From contig JBBDQX010000085.1 of NCBI GenBank assembly GCA_040905765.1, positions 1 to 43,299 of the forward strand: DNA of 43,299 nt. The letters are read 5' to 3'. The notes under the pieces are model-generated. The model ran no database searches. It was not told the origin of the DNA and saw only the letters and a list, made by a program, of their open reading frames with translations. The stretch comes from Acetobacterales bacterium. Its GTDB lineage: Bacteria; Pseudomonadota; Alphaproteobacteria; JBBDQX01. Shown piece by piece: positions 9,743-18,624 of this stretch. Positions within the stretch are counted from its first letter, which is position 1, and the number at the start of each line of letters is the position of its first letter. The position numbers were made by a program, and so were the translations under genes.

Positions 9743-10240
9743 CTAGCGCCCGACGGGCAACTCCGGCAGCGTCTGCTGCGCGATCGGCGCCTGCTGCGGG
9801 GACGGCGTGCTCTCGGACGCCTCCTGCTGCGCGCTGCCCTCGACCACCCCGGGACCGGCGCAGTCGATCACCCAGATGTCGTAGACCGGATGTTCCAGCG
9901 CATTGAGCGCCGGGCTGGATGCGAACATCCAGCCGCGGAACAGGTTGGAGGTCGGCTCCTCGGGGCGCGCGTCCCATACTTCCAGGAAGGCGGCGCTCTC
10001 GGGCGTTTCCCATGGAGGCCGCTTGCGGCAGGTGCGAACCCGTATCTCCAGCGTACCGAAATGGGCGATACCGTCGAGCGGCGCGGCGATCTCGGTGACG
10101 CGGGCGGTGACCTTGTCCAGCCCCCGCAGCACGGCGCGCGGCTGGCCGGTGGTGTCGGTGCCGACTTCCGCCGCGCCGTCCGCCCTGACTGCCGTGATCG
10201 TCAGGGCGAGGGCGAACAGCGTGTATGCCAGTTTCCTCAT
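9743..10240 (-). CDS. DUF2155 domain-containing exported protein
   Basis: LRGLDKVTAR, FRGWMFASSPALNALEHPVYDIWVIDC; signal peptide; usual position after mlaD/NDUFA12. Confidence 0.85.
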   Translation of the reverse strand: MRKLAYTLFALALTITAVRADGAAEVGTDTTGQPRAVLRGLDKVTARVTEIAAPLDGIAHFGTLEIRVRTCRKRPPWETPESAAFLEVWDARPEEPTSNLFRGWMFASSPALNALEHPVYDIWVIDCAGPGVVEGSAQQEASESTPSPQQAPIAQQTLPELPVGR

Positions 10241-10300
10241 GCCCTCAACATGGCCCCCCGGCTGCCGGGCTCAAGCGCAGAGACACGCCCCCGCGGGGCA

Positions 10301-10768
10301 TCACGGCGCAGGCTTCTGCTCTTCGGCGCCGCTGTTGCTGAAGATGAACTTGCCGAGCAACTGCTCGAGGCTGATCGCGGACTGGGTGAACTCCAGCTGG
10401 TCGCCGGGCCGCAGCATGCCCGGAGCACCGCCGGGCACCAGCGCCAGATACTGGCCGCCGAGCAGACCCTCGCTGACGATCTCGGCCGATGTGTCGAGCG
10501 GCAGTTCCAGACCGTTGCGCACCGTGAAGGTGACGACCGCCAGGTAGCTCTTCGGATCGAGGTCCTGTCCGACGACCGAGCCGACCTTGACGCCGCCCAA
10601 CCGCACGTCGGAGCCAACCTTGAGCGCACCGACGCGGTCGAAGTGCGCGGTCAGGGCATAGCCATCGACGCGGCCGGCCTCGGTGGTGGAATAGGCGAAG
10701 AACAGGAACAGCCCGGCAACCAGCAGAACGACCGCCCCCATCACGGTCTCGACGGCGTTACGCGTCAT
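10301..10768 (-). CDS. mlaD: MCE-domain outer membrane lipid asymmetry protein MlaD
   Basis: ETVMG + TM helix, GSDVRLGGVKVG, SEGLLGGQYLALVPG, TQSAISLEQLLGKF. Confidence 0.9.
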   Translation of the reverse strand: MTRNAVETVMGAVVLLVAGLFLFFAYSTTEAGRVDGYALTAHFDRVGALKVGSDVRLGGVKVGSVVGQDLDPKSYLAVVTFTVRNGLELPLDTSAEIVSEGLLGGQYLALVPGGAPGMLRPGDQLEFTQSAISLEQLLGKFIFSNSGAEEQKPAP

Positions 10769-10801
10769 CGTGTCCGTGGTCCTCCTTCAGGTCGAAGCGT
10801 G

Positions 10802-11158
10802 TCAGGCCGGCCGCCATGGCTCGTATTCCCCTTTGCCGCGGCTTTCCACCCCTCGGCGTGAATCGTGCCCCGGCGGGACGTACGCCGCCTCCGTGCCGGT
10901 CAGATTGGGGACATGCTCCTTCTGCCACGTGCGGCGCTTGGCCACACGCTCGGTCAGCGGCTTGTCGGTGATGCGATGGAGCCAGGCATGCCATTCCGGT
11001 GGCACCTTGGATGCCTCGGGCATGCCGTTGTACAGCACCCAGCGACGCTCCTGCCCCCACCGGTTGGGTTTCCTGCCCCGATAGTAGCGATTGCCGTGCA
11101 CGTCGACTCCGACATAGTCGCCGTGCAGCCAGGTAAAAATGCGTGTGCCGAGACTCAT
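10802..11158 (-). CDS. NADH:ubiquinone oxidoreductase subunit NDUFA12 homologue
   Basis: VGVDVHGNRYY, ERRWVLY, EASKVPPEWHAWLH, PNLTGT, YEPWRP. Confidence 0.92.
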   Translation of the reverse strand: MSLGTRIFTWLHGDYVGVDVHGNRYYRGRKPNRWGQERRWVLYNGMPEASKVPPEWHAWLHRITDKPLTERVAKRRTWQKEHVPNLTGTEAAYVPPGHDSRRGVESRGKGEYEPWRPA

Positions 11159-11211
11159 TCGCCGAGGTTCCGCAGGTCGCCAACCCGTTGAGGTCGGGGA
11201 CTATTACACTT

Positions 11212-11254
11212 GGCGGCGGCGAGGTCCAGTGCATGTCGGGGACTCGCCGCCGCC
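11212..11254. repeat. 15-bp inverted repeat (one bulge) in divergent intergenic region
   Basis: GGCGGCGGCGAG(G)TCC, 12-nt loop, GGACTCGCCGCCGCC. Confidence 0.6.
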
Positions 11255-11332
11255 CGGTCGAGAAGCTATCCTGCGGCCCCTTTCCACGGCGCCTTCCGCG
11301 CGCCAGCCAGCCAACAGCATGGAGATAGCGAC

Positions 11333-11797
11333 ATGGCCGCAGATGTCGAGAAGCGTCTTGCCGAAGCCGGGATCACTCTCCCGGAGGCGCCCAAGCCGGT
11401 GGCGAACTACGTCGCCTATACGATCAGCGGCAACCTCGTGTTCGTCTCCGGGCAGGTACCGCTGGAGGACGGCAAGGTCGCCGTCACCGGCAAACTCGGC
11501 GACCTGCCGCTCGAGGAGGGGCAACGCGCCGCCAGGGTCTGCGCCATCAACATCCTGTCCCAGCTCAAGGCGGCCTGCGGCGGCGACCTCGGCAAGGTGC
11601 GACGGATCGTCCGTCTCGGCGGCTTCGTCGCCTGCAAGCCCGACTTCACCAAGCATCCGCTGGTGATCAATGCTGCGTCCGACCTGATGGTCGCGGCTTT
11701 CGGAGACGCCGGACGCCATGCGCGGGCCGCGGTCGGCGTGCCAAGCCTGCCGCTGGACGCCGCGGTCGAGATCGACGCGATCGCCGAAATCGGCTGA
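11333..11797 (+). CDS. RidA/YjgF family protein
   Basis: PVANYV, VSGQVP, NILSQLK, HARAAVGVPSLPLDAAVEID; GGAG RBS before ATG 11333. Confidence 0.92.
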   Translation: MAADVEKRLAEAGITLPEAPKPVANYVAYTISGNLVFVSGQVPLEDGKVAVTGKLGDLPLEEGQRAARVCAINILSQLKAACGGDLGKVRRIVRLGGFVACKPDFTKHPLVINAASDLMVAAFGDAGRHARAAVGVPSLPLDAAVEIDAIAEIG

Positions 11798-11885
11798 CCC
11801 TCGACATCCGCATCCGCCGGACAATCTACGAAAGACAGGAGATGAACGGCGGCTTCGGCCGCGGCAGGCGAGCAACGGAACCACC

Positions 11886-13055
11886 ATGCCAGACGGCGCC
11901 GATTCGGTCTCGGTAGAGGTCCACGGCCGGGTCGCGGACATCCCGGCCGTGGAGTGGGACGCCTGCGCCGGCACCGCCAATCCCTTCGTCCGCCACGCCT
12001 TCCTGCTCGCCTGCGAGGAAAGCGGGTCGGCGGCCCGCGATACCGGCTGGCTGCCGCAGCATCTCGCGCTGAGCGACGCAAAGGGACGCGTCCAGGGGGT
12101 GGTCCCGGTCTACGTGAAGGGGCACTCCTTCGGTGAGTATGTCTTCGACCACGGCTGGGCGGACGCGTTCGAACGTGCCGGCGGGCAGTACTATCCGAAG
12201 CTGCTGTGCGGTGCACCCTTCAGCCCGGTCACCGGGCCGCGCTTGCTCGTACGGCCAGGCACCGATACGGGCAACGTCCAGGCGCTGCTGATCGAGGGGT
12301 TGCTTGAGTTGACGCGGCGGCACGGCGTCTCGTCGGTCCATGTCAACTTCTGCACCGAGGCCGAAGCCCGGATGCTGGCCGATGCCGGCTTCCTGTGCCG
12401 GGTCGGCAAGCAGTTCCACTGGCACAACCGGGACTACGGCAGCTTCGGCGACTTCCTCGGCGATCTCGCCTCGCGCAAGCGCAAGACCATCCGCAAGGAA
12501 CGCGAGCGTGCCGCGGAGTCGGGGCTGAAAATCCGCACGCTGTGCGGCGAGGACATCGAAGCGCGCCACTGGGACGCGTTCTATCGCTTTTACCTCGACA
12601 CGGTCGACCGGAAGTGGGCGCACGCCTATCTCAACCGGGCGTTCTTCCGCCGGCTCGGGGAGACGCTGGGCGACCGTGTCGTGCTGATCGTCGCCGAGGA
12701 TGCCGGGGAGCCGGTGGCGGCGGCGCTGAACCTGCGCGGCGACGACGCGCTGTACGGCCGCAACTGGGGCTGCAAGCGGGAATACCCGTTCCTGCATTTC
12801 GAGTGCTGCTACTACCGCGCCATCGACTACGCGATCGAACACGGTCTGCCGCGCGTCGAGGCCGGCGCCGGCGGCGCCCACAAGCTGCAGCGCGGCTATC
12901 TTCCCCACCAGACCTTTTCGGCCCACTGGATCGCCCATCCGGGCTTCCGCGACGCCGTGGCCCGCTTCCTCGTCCACGAGAGCAGCATGGTCGACGAGGA
13001 GGTCCGGTTCCTCAACGCCGCCGGCCCCTTCCGCGCCGACCGCAGGAACGAATGA
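11886..13055 (+). CDS. FemAB-like GNAT protein (DUF482-type)
   Basis: NPFVRHAFL, YVKGHSFGEYVFDHGWADA, YYPKL, PFSPVTGPR, LYGRNWG, LHFECCYY, HKLQRGY. Confidence 0.9.
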   Translation: MPDGADSVSVEVHGRVADIPAVEWDACAGTANPFVRHAFLLACEESGSAARDTGWLPQHLALSDAKGRVQGVVPVYVKGHSFGEYVFDHGWADAFERAGGQYYPKLLCGAPFSPVTGPRLLVRPGTDTGNVQALLIEGLLELTRRHGVSSVHVNFCTEAEARMLADAGFLCRVGKQFHWHNRDYGSFGDFLGDLASRKRKTIRKERERAAESGLKIRTLCGEDIEARHWDAFYRFYLDTVDRKWAHAYLNRAFFRRLGETLGDRVVLIVAEDAGEPVAAALNLRGDDALYGRNWGCKREYPFLHFECCYYRAIDYAIEHGLPRVEAGAGGAHKLQRGYLPHQTFSAHWIAHPGFRDAVARFLVHESSMVDEEVRFLNAAGPFRADRRNE

Positions 13056-13090
13056 AAACGGCCGGCCCCGCGAAGGGACCGGCCGTCTTT
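13055..13090. terminator. Likely bidirectional intrinsic terminator between convergent GNAT and clpA
   Basis: AAAACGGCCGGcCCC-GCGAA-GGGaCCGGCCGTCTTT: GC-rich stem flanked by A and T tracts. Confidence 0.75.
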
Positions 13091-13123
13091 CGATAAACGC
13101 CCCGATAAGCGCTGTGGCCGCGG

Positions 13124-15460
13124 TCAGGCCAGTTCGGGAACCTTCTTGCGGGTCGCCGGCGGCTTGCGACCGCCATTCCGACCGCCGTCTTTGCCCTTCG
13201 GCTTCGACGGATCCTGGAAGGTGAAGTCGATCTTGTCGTCGGTGACGACGACCCGGACCTTGCCGCCATTGGCGAGCCTGCCGAACAGCAGTTCGTCGGC
13301 CAGCGGCTTCTTGATGTGCTCCTGGATGACGCGGCCGAGCGGGCGGGCGCCGTAGAGACGATCGTAGCCGCGCGTAGACAGCCAGTCGCGGGCCTCCTCC
13401 GACAGCTCGATCGCGACGTTGCGGTCGGCCATCTGGTCGCTGAGTTCGCGGACGAATTTGTCGACCACCCTGCCGACCACCTCCTGGCCGAGGTAGCTGA
13501 AGCGGACCACCGCATCCAGGCGGTTGCGGAATTCCGGCGTGAACATCCGGTTGATCGCCTCCTCGTCCTCGCCTTCCCGGCCGGTCCGCTCGAAGCCGAT
13601 GGCGGGCTTCGCCATGTCCGCCGCTCCGGCATTGGTGGTCATGATCAGGACGATGTTGCGGAAATCGACCGTCTTGCCGTTGTGGTCGGTCAGCTTCCCG
13701 TAATCCATGATCTGCAGGAGGATGTTGAACAGGTCCGGATGGGCCTTCTCGATCTCGTCCAGCAGCAGGATGCCGTGCGGGTGCTGATCGACGGCGTCGG
13801 TCAGCAGGCCGCCCTGGTCGAAGCCGACATAGCCCGGCGGGGCGCCGATCAGACGCGAGACGCTGTGCCGCTCCATGTACTCCGACATGTCGAAGCGGGT
13901 CATCTCGACGCCCATGACGCGGGCGAGCTGGCGGGCGACCTCGGTCTTGCCGACGCCCGTCGGGCCCGAGAACAGATAGGAGCCGATCGGCTTCTCCGGC
14001 TCGCGCAGTCCTGCGCGCGAAAGCTTGATGGCGCTGGCCAGCGCGTCGATCGCCAGTTCCTGGCCGTAGACGACGCGCTTCAGCTCCTCCTCCAGGTTCC
14101 GCATCACCTCCTTGTCGTCCTTCGAGACGCTCTTCGGCGGGATGCGGGCGATCTTGGCCACCACCGCCTCGACATCCTTCACGGTGACGGTCTTGCGGCG
14201 CCGGCTCTCGGGCAGCAGCATCCGCGACGCCCCGACCTCGTCGATCACGTCGATCGCCTTGTCCGGCAGCTTGCGGTCGTTGATGTAGCGCGACGACAGC
14301 TCGACGGCCGAGCGGATGGCGTCGGCCGTATAGCGCACCTTGTGGTGGCGCTCGTAGTACGGCTTCAGGCCGCGCAGTATCTTCACCGTGTCCTCGACCG
14401 AGGGCTCCTTGATGTCGATCTTCTGGAAGCGGCGGACCAGCGCACGGTCCTTCTCGAAGTAGTTACGGTATTCCTTGTAGGTCGTCGATCCGACGCAGCG
14501 GATGTTGCCGCTCTGCAGCGCCGGCTTGAGCAGGTTGGACGCATCCATCGCGCCGCCGCTCGTTGCGCCGGCGCCGATCACCGTGTGGATCTCGTCGATG
14601 AACAGCACCGCACCGTCGTACTCCTCGAGTTCGGAAACGACCGCCTTCAGCCGCTCCTCGAAATCGCCGCGGTACCGCGTGCCGGCGAGCAGCGCGCCCA
14701 TGTCGAGCGCGAAGATCGTCGCGTCCTCGAGCACGTCGGGCACCTCGCCGCGCACGATGCGGCGCGCCAGACCCTCCGCGATGGCGGTCTTGCCGACGCC
14801 CGGATCGCCCACGTAGAGCGGGTTGTTCTTGGTCCGGCGGCACAGCACCTGGATCGTCCGCTCGATCTCGGAGTCGCGACCGATCAGCGGGTCGATCTTG
14901 CCGTCGCGCGCCTTCTTGTTGAGGTTGACGCAGTAATTGTCGAGCGCTTCCTGCCCGCGCTTGGCGACCTTCTCGCCCTGCGCGTCCTCGTCGGCGCCGC
15001 TCACGTTCCGCGCCTGGCTGCGGCCCGGCACCTTGGCGATTCCGTGCGAGATGTAGTTGACCGCGTCGAGCCGCGACATGTCCTGAAGCTGCAGGAAATA
15101 GACCGCGTGGCTCTCGCGCTCGGAGAACAGCGCGACCAGCACGTTGGCGCCTGTCACCTCTTCGCGCCCCGAGGACTGGACGTGGATGGCGGCGCGCTGG
15201 ATGACGCGCTGGAAACCGGCTGTCGGTTTGGGCTCGTCGACCGCCTCGTTGACCAGCGCCGACAGGTCGTTGTCGACGAATTCGGTGAGGTCGGAGCCGA
15301 GACGCTCGAGGTCGACGCCGCAGGCCTTGAGAACGGCGCGGGAGTCCTGGTCCTCGGTCAGCGCGAGCAGCAGGTGCTCGAGCGTCGCGTACTCGTGATG
15401 ACGCTCGCTGGCGAGGGCCAAGGCGCGGTGCAGGGTCTGTTCCAGGTTGCGAGATAGCAT
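13124..15460 (-). CDS. clpA: ATP-dependent Clp protease ATP-binding subunit ClpA
   Basis: [11 protein letters not shown]-domain, Walker A motifs GDPGVGKT and [26 protein letters not shown] loop; 778 aa; follows clpS. Confidence 0.97.
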   Translation of the reverse strand: MLSRNLEQTLHRALALASERHHEYATLEHLLLALTEDQDSRAVLKACGVDLERLGSDLTEFVDNDLSALVNEAVDEPKPTAGFQRVIQRAAIHVQSSGREEVTGANVLVALFSERESHAVYFLQLQDMSRLDAVNYISHGIAKVPGRSQARNVSGADEDAQGEKVAKRGQEALDNYCVNLNKKARDGKIDPLIGRDSEIERTIQVLCRRTKNNPLYVGDPGVGKTAIAEGLARRIVRGEVPDVLEDATIFALDMGALLAGTRYRGDFEERLKAVVSELEEYDGAVLFIDEIHTVIGAGATSGGAMDASNLLKPALQSGNIRCVGSTTYKEYRNYFEKDRALVRRFQKIDIKEPSVEDTVKILRGLKPYYERHHKVRYTADAIRSAVELSSRYINDRKLPDKAIDVIDEVGASRMLLPESRRRKTVTVKDVEAVVAKIARIPPKSVSKDDKEVMRNLEEELKRVVYGQELAIDALASAIKLSRAGLREPEKPIGSYLFSGPTGVGKTEVARQLARVMGVEMTRFDMSEYMERHSVSRLIGAPPGYVGFDQGGLLTDAVDQHPHGILLLDEIEKAHPDLFNILLQIMDYGKLTDHNGKTVDFRNIVLIMTTNAGAADMAKPAIGFERTGREGEDEEAINRMFTPEFRNRLDAVVRFSYLGQEVVGRVVDKFVRELSDQMADRNVAIELSEEARDWLSTRGYDRLYGARPLGRVIQEHIKKPLADELLFGRLANGGKVRVVVTDDKIDFTFQDPSKPKGKDGGRNGGRKPPATRKKVPELA

Positions 15461-15463
15461 CGG

Positions 15464-15790
15464 CTACTCTTTCTCGATGGTGCACTGCAGCGGGTGCTGG
15501 TGCTGTCGGGCGCAATCCATGACCTGCTGAACCTTGGCTTCGGCGACCTCGTAGGTGAACACGCCGCACACCCCGACGCCACGCCGGTGGACGTGCAGCA
15601 TGATGCGGGTCGCCTCCTCCCGGCTTTTCGCGAAAAAGCGCTCCAGGACGTGAACCACGAACTCCATAGGCGTGTAGTCGTCGTTCAGCATCAGGACCTT
15701 GTACATCGACGGCTTCTTGGTCTTCGGCCGGGTCTGGACAACCGTCCCCGACTGCGGACCTCTCTCGTCGTTTTTGTCGCGGTCACTCAT
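15464..15790 (-). CDS. clpS: Clp protease adaptor ClpS
   Basis: [28 protein letters not shown]. Confidence 0.97.
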   Translation of the reverse strand: MSDRDKNDERGPQSGTVVQTRPKTKKPSMYKVLMLNDDYTPMEFVVHVLERFFAKSREEATRIMLHVHRRGVGVCGVFTYEVAEAKVQQVMDCARQHQHPLQCTIEKE

Positions 15791-15817
15791 TGGACGTTGG
15801 ATCTTTGGATATCTTGG

Positions 15818-15833
15818 TTAAGAAAGGCTCAAC
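15818..15833. promoter_or_regulatory. CtrA-like box upstream of clpS
   Basis: TTAA-GAAAGGC-TCAAC (minus strand TTGA-N7-TTAAC); one mismatch to TTAA-N7-TTAA. Confidence 0.4.
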
Positions 15834-15856
15834 CACCGCATGGTCGGTCGTCAATC

Positions 15857-15884
15857 ATATTGGATGTGCGCGCGCACGGAAAAG
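15857..15884 (-). promoter_or_regulatory. Possible RpoH-type promoter of clpS-clpA
   Basis: Minus strand CTTT-17 nt-CCAATAT, similar to alphaproteobacterial CTTG-N17-CCTATAT; palindrome GTGCGCGCGCAC in the spacer. Confidence 0.3.
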
Positions 15885-15945
15885 GGGCATCTGCCCACGA
15901 CGCCCGACCGGCAGGTACGGATGTCATGGAAATCCACGGGTCCGG

Positions 15946-16680
15946 CTACCGGATGGCCAGCGCATTTGCGGCAATGCCGTCCCCGGTCACACTGACGTTG
16001 AAGCGGTTGTCCGGGTCGTCGTCGTCGACATTGAGATTATAGGGATACATCTCCATCCGTCTCGGATCGGGCCAGGCGACGCCGGTCCGGTCGATCTCCC
16101 GCAGCACGTCGGGGAAGGACAGTCGCGGATCGTCGCCGACACCGGCGGGCCAGGCGTTGTAGTGGAAACGCCCGTCCAGACACAGGTCGGCAATCCAGAA
16201 GACCGTATCGGAGGCCAATTCCTTCCCGATCGGCGGCCGTCCCGTTGCACCGTCGGCGACCAGCGCCTCGCGCAGCCGGTCCACCGTCTCCGGCGGCACC
16301 GGTTGCCGGACCACGACGCCCCTCCACGGCCCCATCGGATCCGATGCCGAAAGCGTGCCGCCGGGCACGTCATCGCCAAAGGCCCGGATAACCGCCTCAC
16401 CGCCATCCGGACGGCCGATCAGGTCGTAGGCCCGGACGTGGACGCCGTAGCCGGAATTGAGCACGAACCGATAGTAGTCGGGGCCACCTTCCACGCATTT
16501 CGCGCGGATGTCGCCCGCATTGAGATAGTTGAACCACGTCAGGTTGCGCTGGACAGGATTGGTGATGTCGCTGCCGCCGGTGAAGGCGCATCCCGCGACC
16601 GCCAAAGCGGCGATCGCAGGGAAGAGCCGGGGAGCGCGAGCAGTCAGCATTCCGACGAGCCGGCGTGTTACTGAGTTCAT
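15946..16680 (-). CDS. Hypothetical lipoprotein
   Basis: LAVAGC lipobox after a hydrophobic stretch; globular, aromatic-rich sequence (LTWFNYLNAGDIRAKC, FWIADLCLDGRFHYNAW); start uncertain (16680 or 16650). Confidence 0.7.
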   Translation of the reverse strand: MNSVTRRLVGMLTARAPRLFPAIAALAVAGCAFTGGSDITNPVQRNLTWFNYLNAGDIRAKCVEGGPDYYRFVLNSGYGVHVRAYDLIGRPDGGEAVIRAFGDDVPGGTLSASDPMGPWRGVVVRQPVPPETVDRLREALVADGATGRPPIGKELASDTVFWIADLCLDGRFHYNAWPAGVGDDPRLSFPDVLREIDRTGVAWPDPRRMEMYPYNLNVDDDDPDNRFNVSVTGDGIAANALAIR

Positions 16681-16867
16681 ACGGTCATCTCTATGTGAGT
16701 CCTGCGATTCGATGAATTCGTTCCTTTCGCTGAGGCCGGTATTTCTTGAGTCCCGGAAGCGGCGAGAGACAAGGGATAGACAAACATCGCGATAATTCTT
16801 AACATGGGTTGCTCAGCGGGCGGATCGGGCCTTGGACGGCCCGAGGACGAGGCAACCAGGGGGATCC

Positions 16868-18244
16868 ATGCAGCGGCGAGCGTTCCGCGAGCGTAGCATT
16901 TGGACCGGATTTAACGGGGTCGGCAGGTACCTCTCTCTGTCCGTCGGGATTGTCGGCCTTGCCCTGGCGATCCTCGCCGGTATGCCATCCGCCGCCGAGG
17001 CACGCTACGCTTCCTTCGTCATGGATGCCGACACCGGCCGCATCTACCACTCGGTCAATGCCGACACGCGGAACTATCCCGCGTCGCTGACCAAGATGAT
17101 GACGCTATACATGGTGTTCGACGCCCTGAAAGCCAGAAAGCTGACGCTCGGTCAGAAGCTTACCGCCTCGGCGCGCGCCGCTGGACAGCCCCCCTCCCGG
17201 ATCGGCCTCAACCAGGGTGACCGCATCGCCGTGGAGGACGCCATCCTCGCGCTGGTGACGAAGTCCGGGAACGACGTGGCGACGGTGCTGGCCGAAGCGC
17301 TGGCGCCGACCGAGTCGGCCTTCGCCCGGGACATGACCGAGCAGGCGCACCGGCTCGGCATGACCCGCACCAGCTTCCGCAACGCCTCGGGACTGCCCAA
17401 CCGTCACCAGCTGTCGACCGCACGCGACATGGCGACGCTCGTGCGGGCGCTGCTGCGGGACCACCCTGACTACTACCGCTACTTCTCCACCGCCGACTTC
17501 ACCTACAAGGGCCACCGCTACCGCAGCCACAACAACCTGCTCGGCGACTACGACGGCACGGACGGCGTCAAGACCGGCTACATCCGGGCGTCGGGCTTCA
17601 ACCTCGCCGCCTCGGTACGGCGGCAGGGCGTGCGGCTGATCGGCGTGGTCTTCGGCGGCCGCTCGGCAGCGTCGCGCGATGTTCACATGACGAAGCTGCT
17701 CGACAAGGCATTCGAGGCGAGCAACCGCGTGCTGGTCGCAGAGTCGTCCGCGCGGGATGCGCTGGTGCTGCCCCGGCGCAAGCCGGATTCCGTCGTCGAG
17801 ACCGACACCGCCGGCTCCCGACTGGTCGCCGCCGCACAGCCGCCGCGGCCCGTCCCGCGGCCGGAACTGGCGTCGGCACCGACAGAGAGCGGCTCGGCCG
17901 ATGGCGGCACCTGGGCGGTCCAGGTCGGTGCGTACCGCCATCCGGCCCATGCCCAGGGGGCCATCACCAAGGTCCAGACGACGATCCCCGAGATCGTCGG
18001 CGCCGCCGAAGGCCTCATCGTCCCGCGTGAGGGCAGCCGGGGTGCGCTGTTCCGGGCACGGCTGATCGGCCTGAGCAAGGACGCGGCGAACGACGCATGC
18101 CGTGCCCTCGCCCGCCGCGATCATCCCTGCATGACGCTGCGCTACAGCGTCGAGGACGAGAACCCGGCCCTGCGGCTGTCCCTGTCGGGCGATCAGTCGT
18201 CGGAGATCGGCGGCAGCCTGGAGACGGCACCGCCCGCGCGATAA
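16868..18244 (+). CDS. D-alanyl-D-alanine carboxypeptidase (peptidase S11) with C-terminal SPOR domain
   Basis: PASLTK (SxxK), KSGND (SxN), KTG; WAVQVGAY...FRARLIG...AC...C SPOR domain; start approximate. Confidence 0.92.
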   Translation: MQRRAFRERSIWTGFNGVGRYLSLSVGIVGLALAILAGMPSAAEARYASFVMDADTGRIYHSVNADTRNYPASLTKMMTLYMVFDALKARKLTLGQKLTASARAAGQPPSRIGLNQGDRIAVEDAILALVTKSGNDVATVLAEALAPTESAFARDMTEQAHRLGMTRTSFRNASGLPNRHQLSTARDMATLVRALLRDHPDYYRYFSTADFTYKGHRYRSHNNLLGDYDGTDGVKTGYIRASGFNLAASVRRQGVRLIGVVFGGRSAASRDVHMTKLLDKAFEASNRVLVAESSARDALVLPRRKPDSVVETDTAGSRLVAAAQPPRPVPRPELASAPTESGSADGGTWAVQVGAYRHPAHAQGAITKVQTTIPEIVGAAEGLIVPREGSRGALFRARLIGLSKDAANDACRALARRDHPCMTLRYSVEDENPALRLSLSGDQSSEIGGSLETAPPAR

Positions 18245-18263
18245 CAACGGCGCAGCCCGGACG

Positions 18264-18605
18264 CTACGGCTCCCAGGGCCCGTCCGACGCCAGTCCGACA
18301 GGCGCCACGAACACCCGCACCCGTCGCGTGCGGCCGTCCTGCAGCATCACGCCGAACAACCGGATGCTGTACGACGGGCCTTCGTACTCCGCCAGCCTGC
18401 GAGCCCCCGCCGCGTCGATCCGGCCGACGACGATACCGTCGACGCTGCCGTCTTCCGCCGGCACGACCGTCGGATACGGCTGGCCGCGCAGGCGCACGCG
18501 ACGGAAACCGACAAGCCGGGCCGGCTCGACCGTGGCTGCGGCCGCGCCAACGAGACGCGCCAGCAGCGCCGGATCCATCAGCGTTCCGTAGAAGAAGTAG
18601 TCCAC
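18264..18605 (-). CDS. Gamma-glutamylcyclotransferase (AIG2-like) family protein
   Basis: FFYGTL N-terminal motif, YP, VDG, LAEYEG. Confidence 0.85.
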   Translation of the reverse strand: MDYFFYGTLMDPALLARLVGAAAATVEPARLVGFRRVRLRGQPYPTVVPAEDGSVDGIVVGRIDAAGARRLAEYEGPSYSIRLFGVMLQDGRTRRVRVFVAPVGLASDGPWEP

Positions 18606-18624
18606 CGACCGACCGCCCAGGCGG

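Noticed and set aside
13316-15457. 713-aa ORF antisense to clpA (likewise 30683-33016, 33348-35363, 38617-40248 and others)
   Set aside because: Shadow ORFs expected in high-GC DNA opposite well-supported genes; no motifs.
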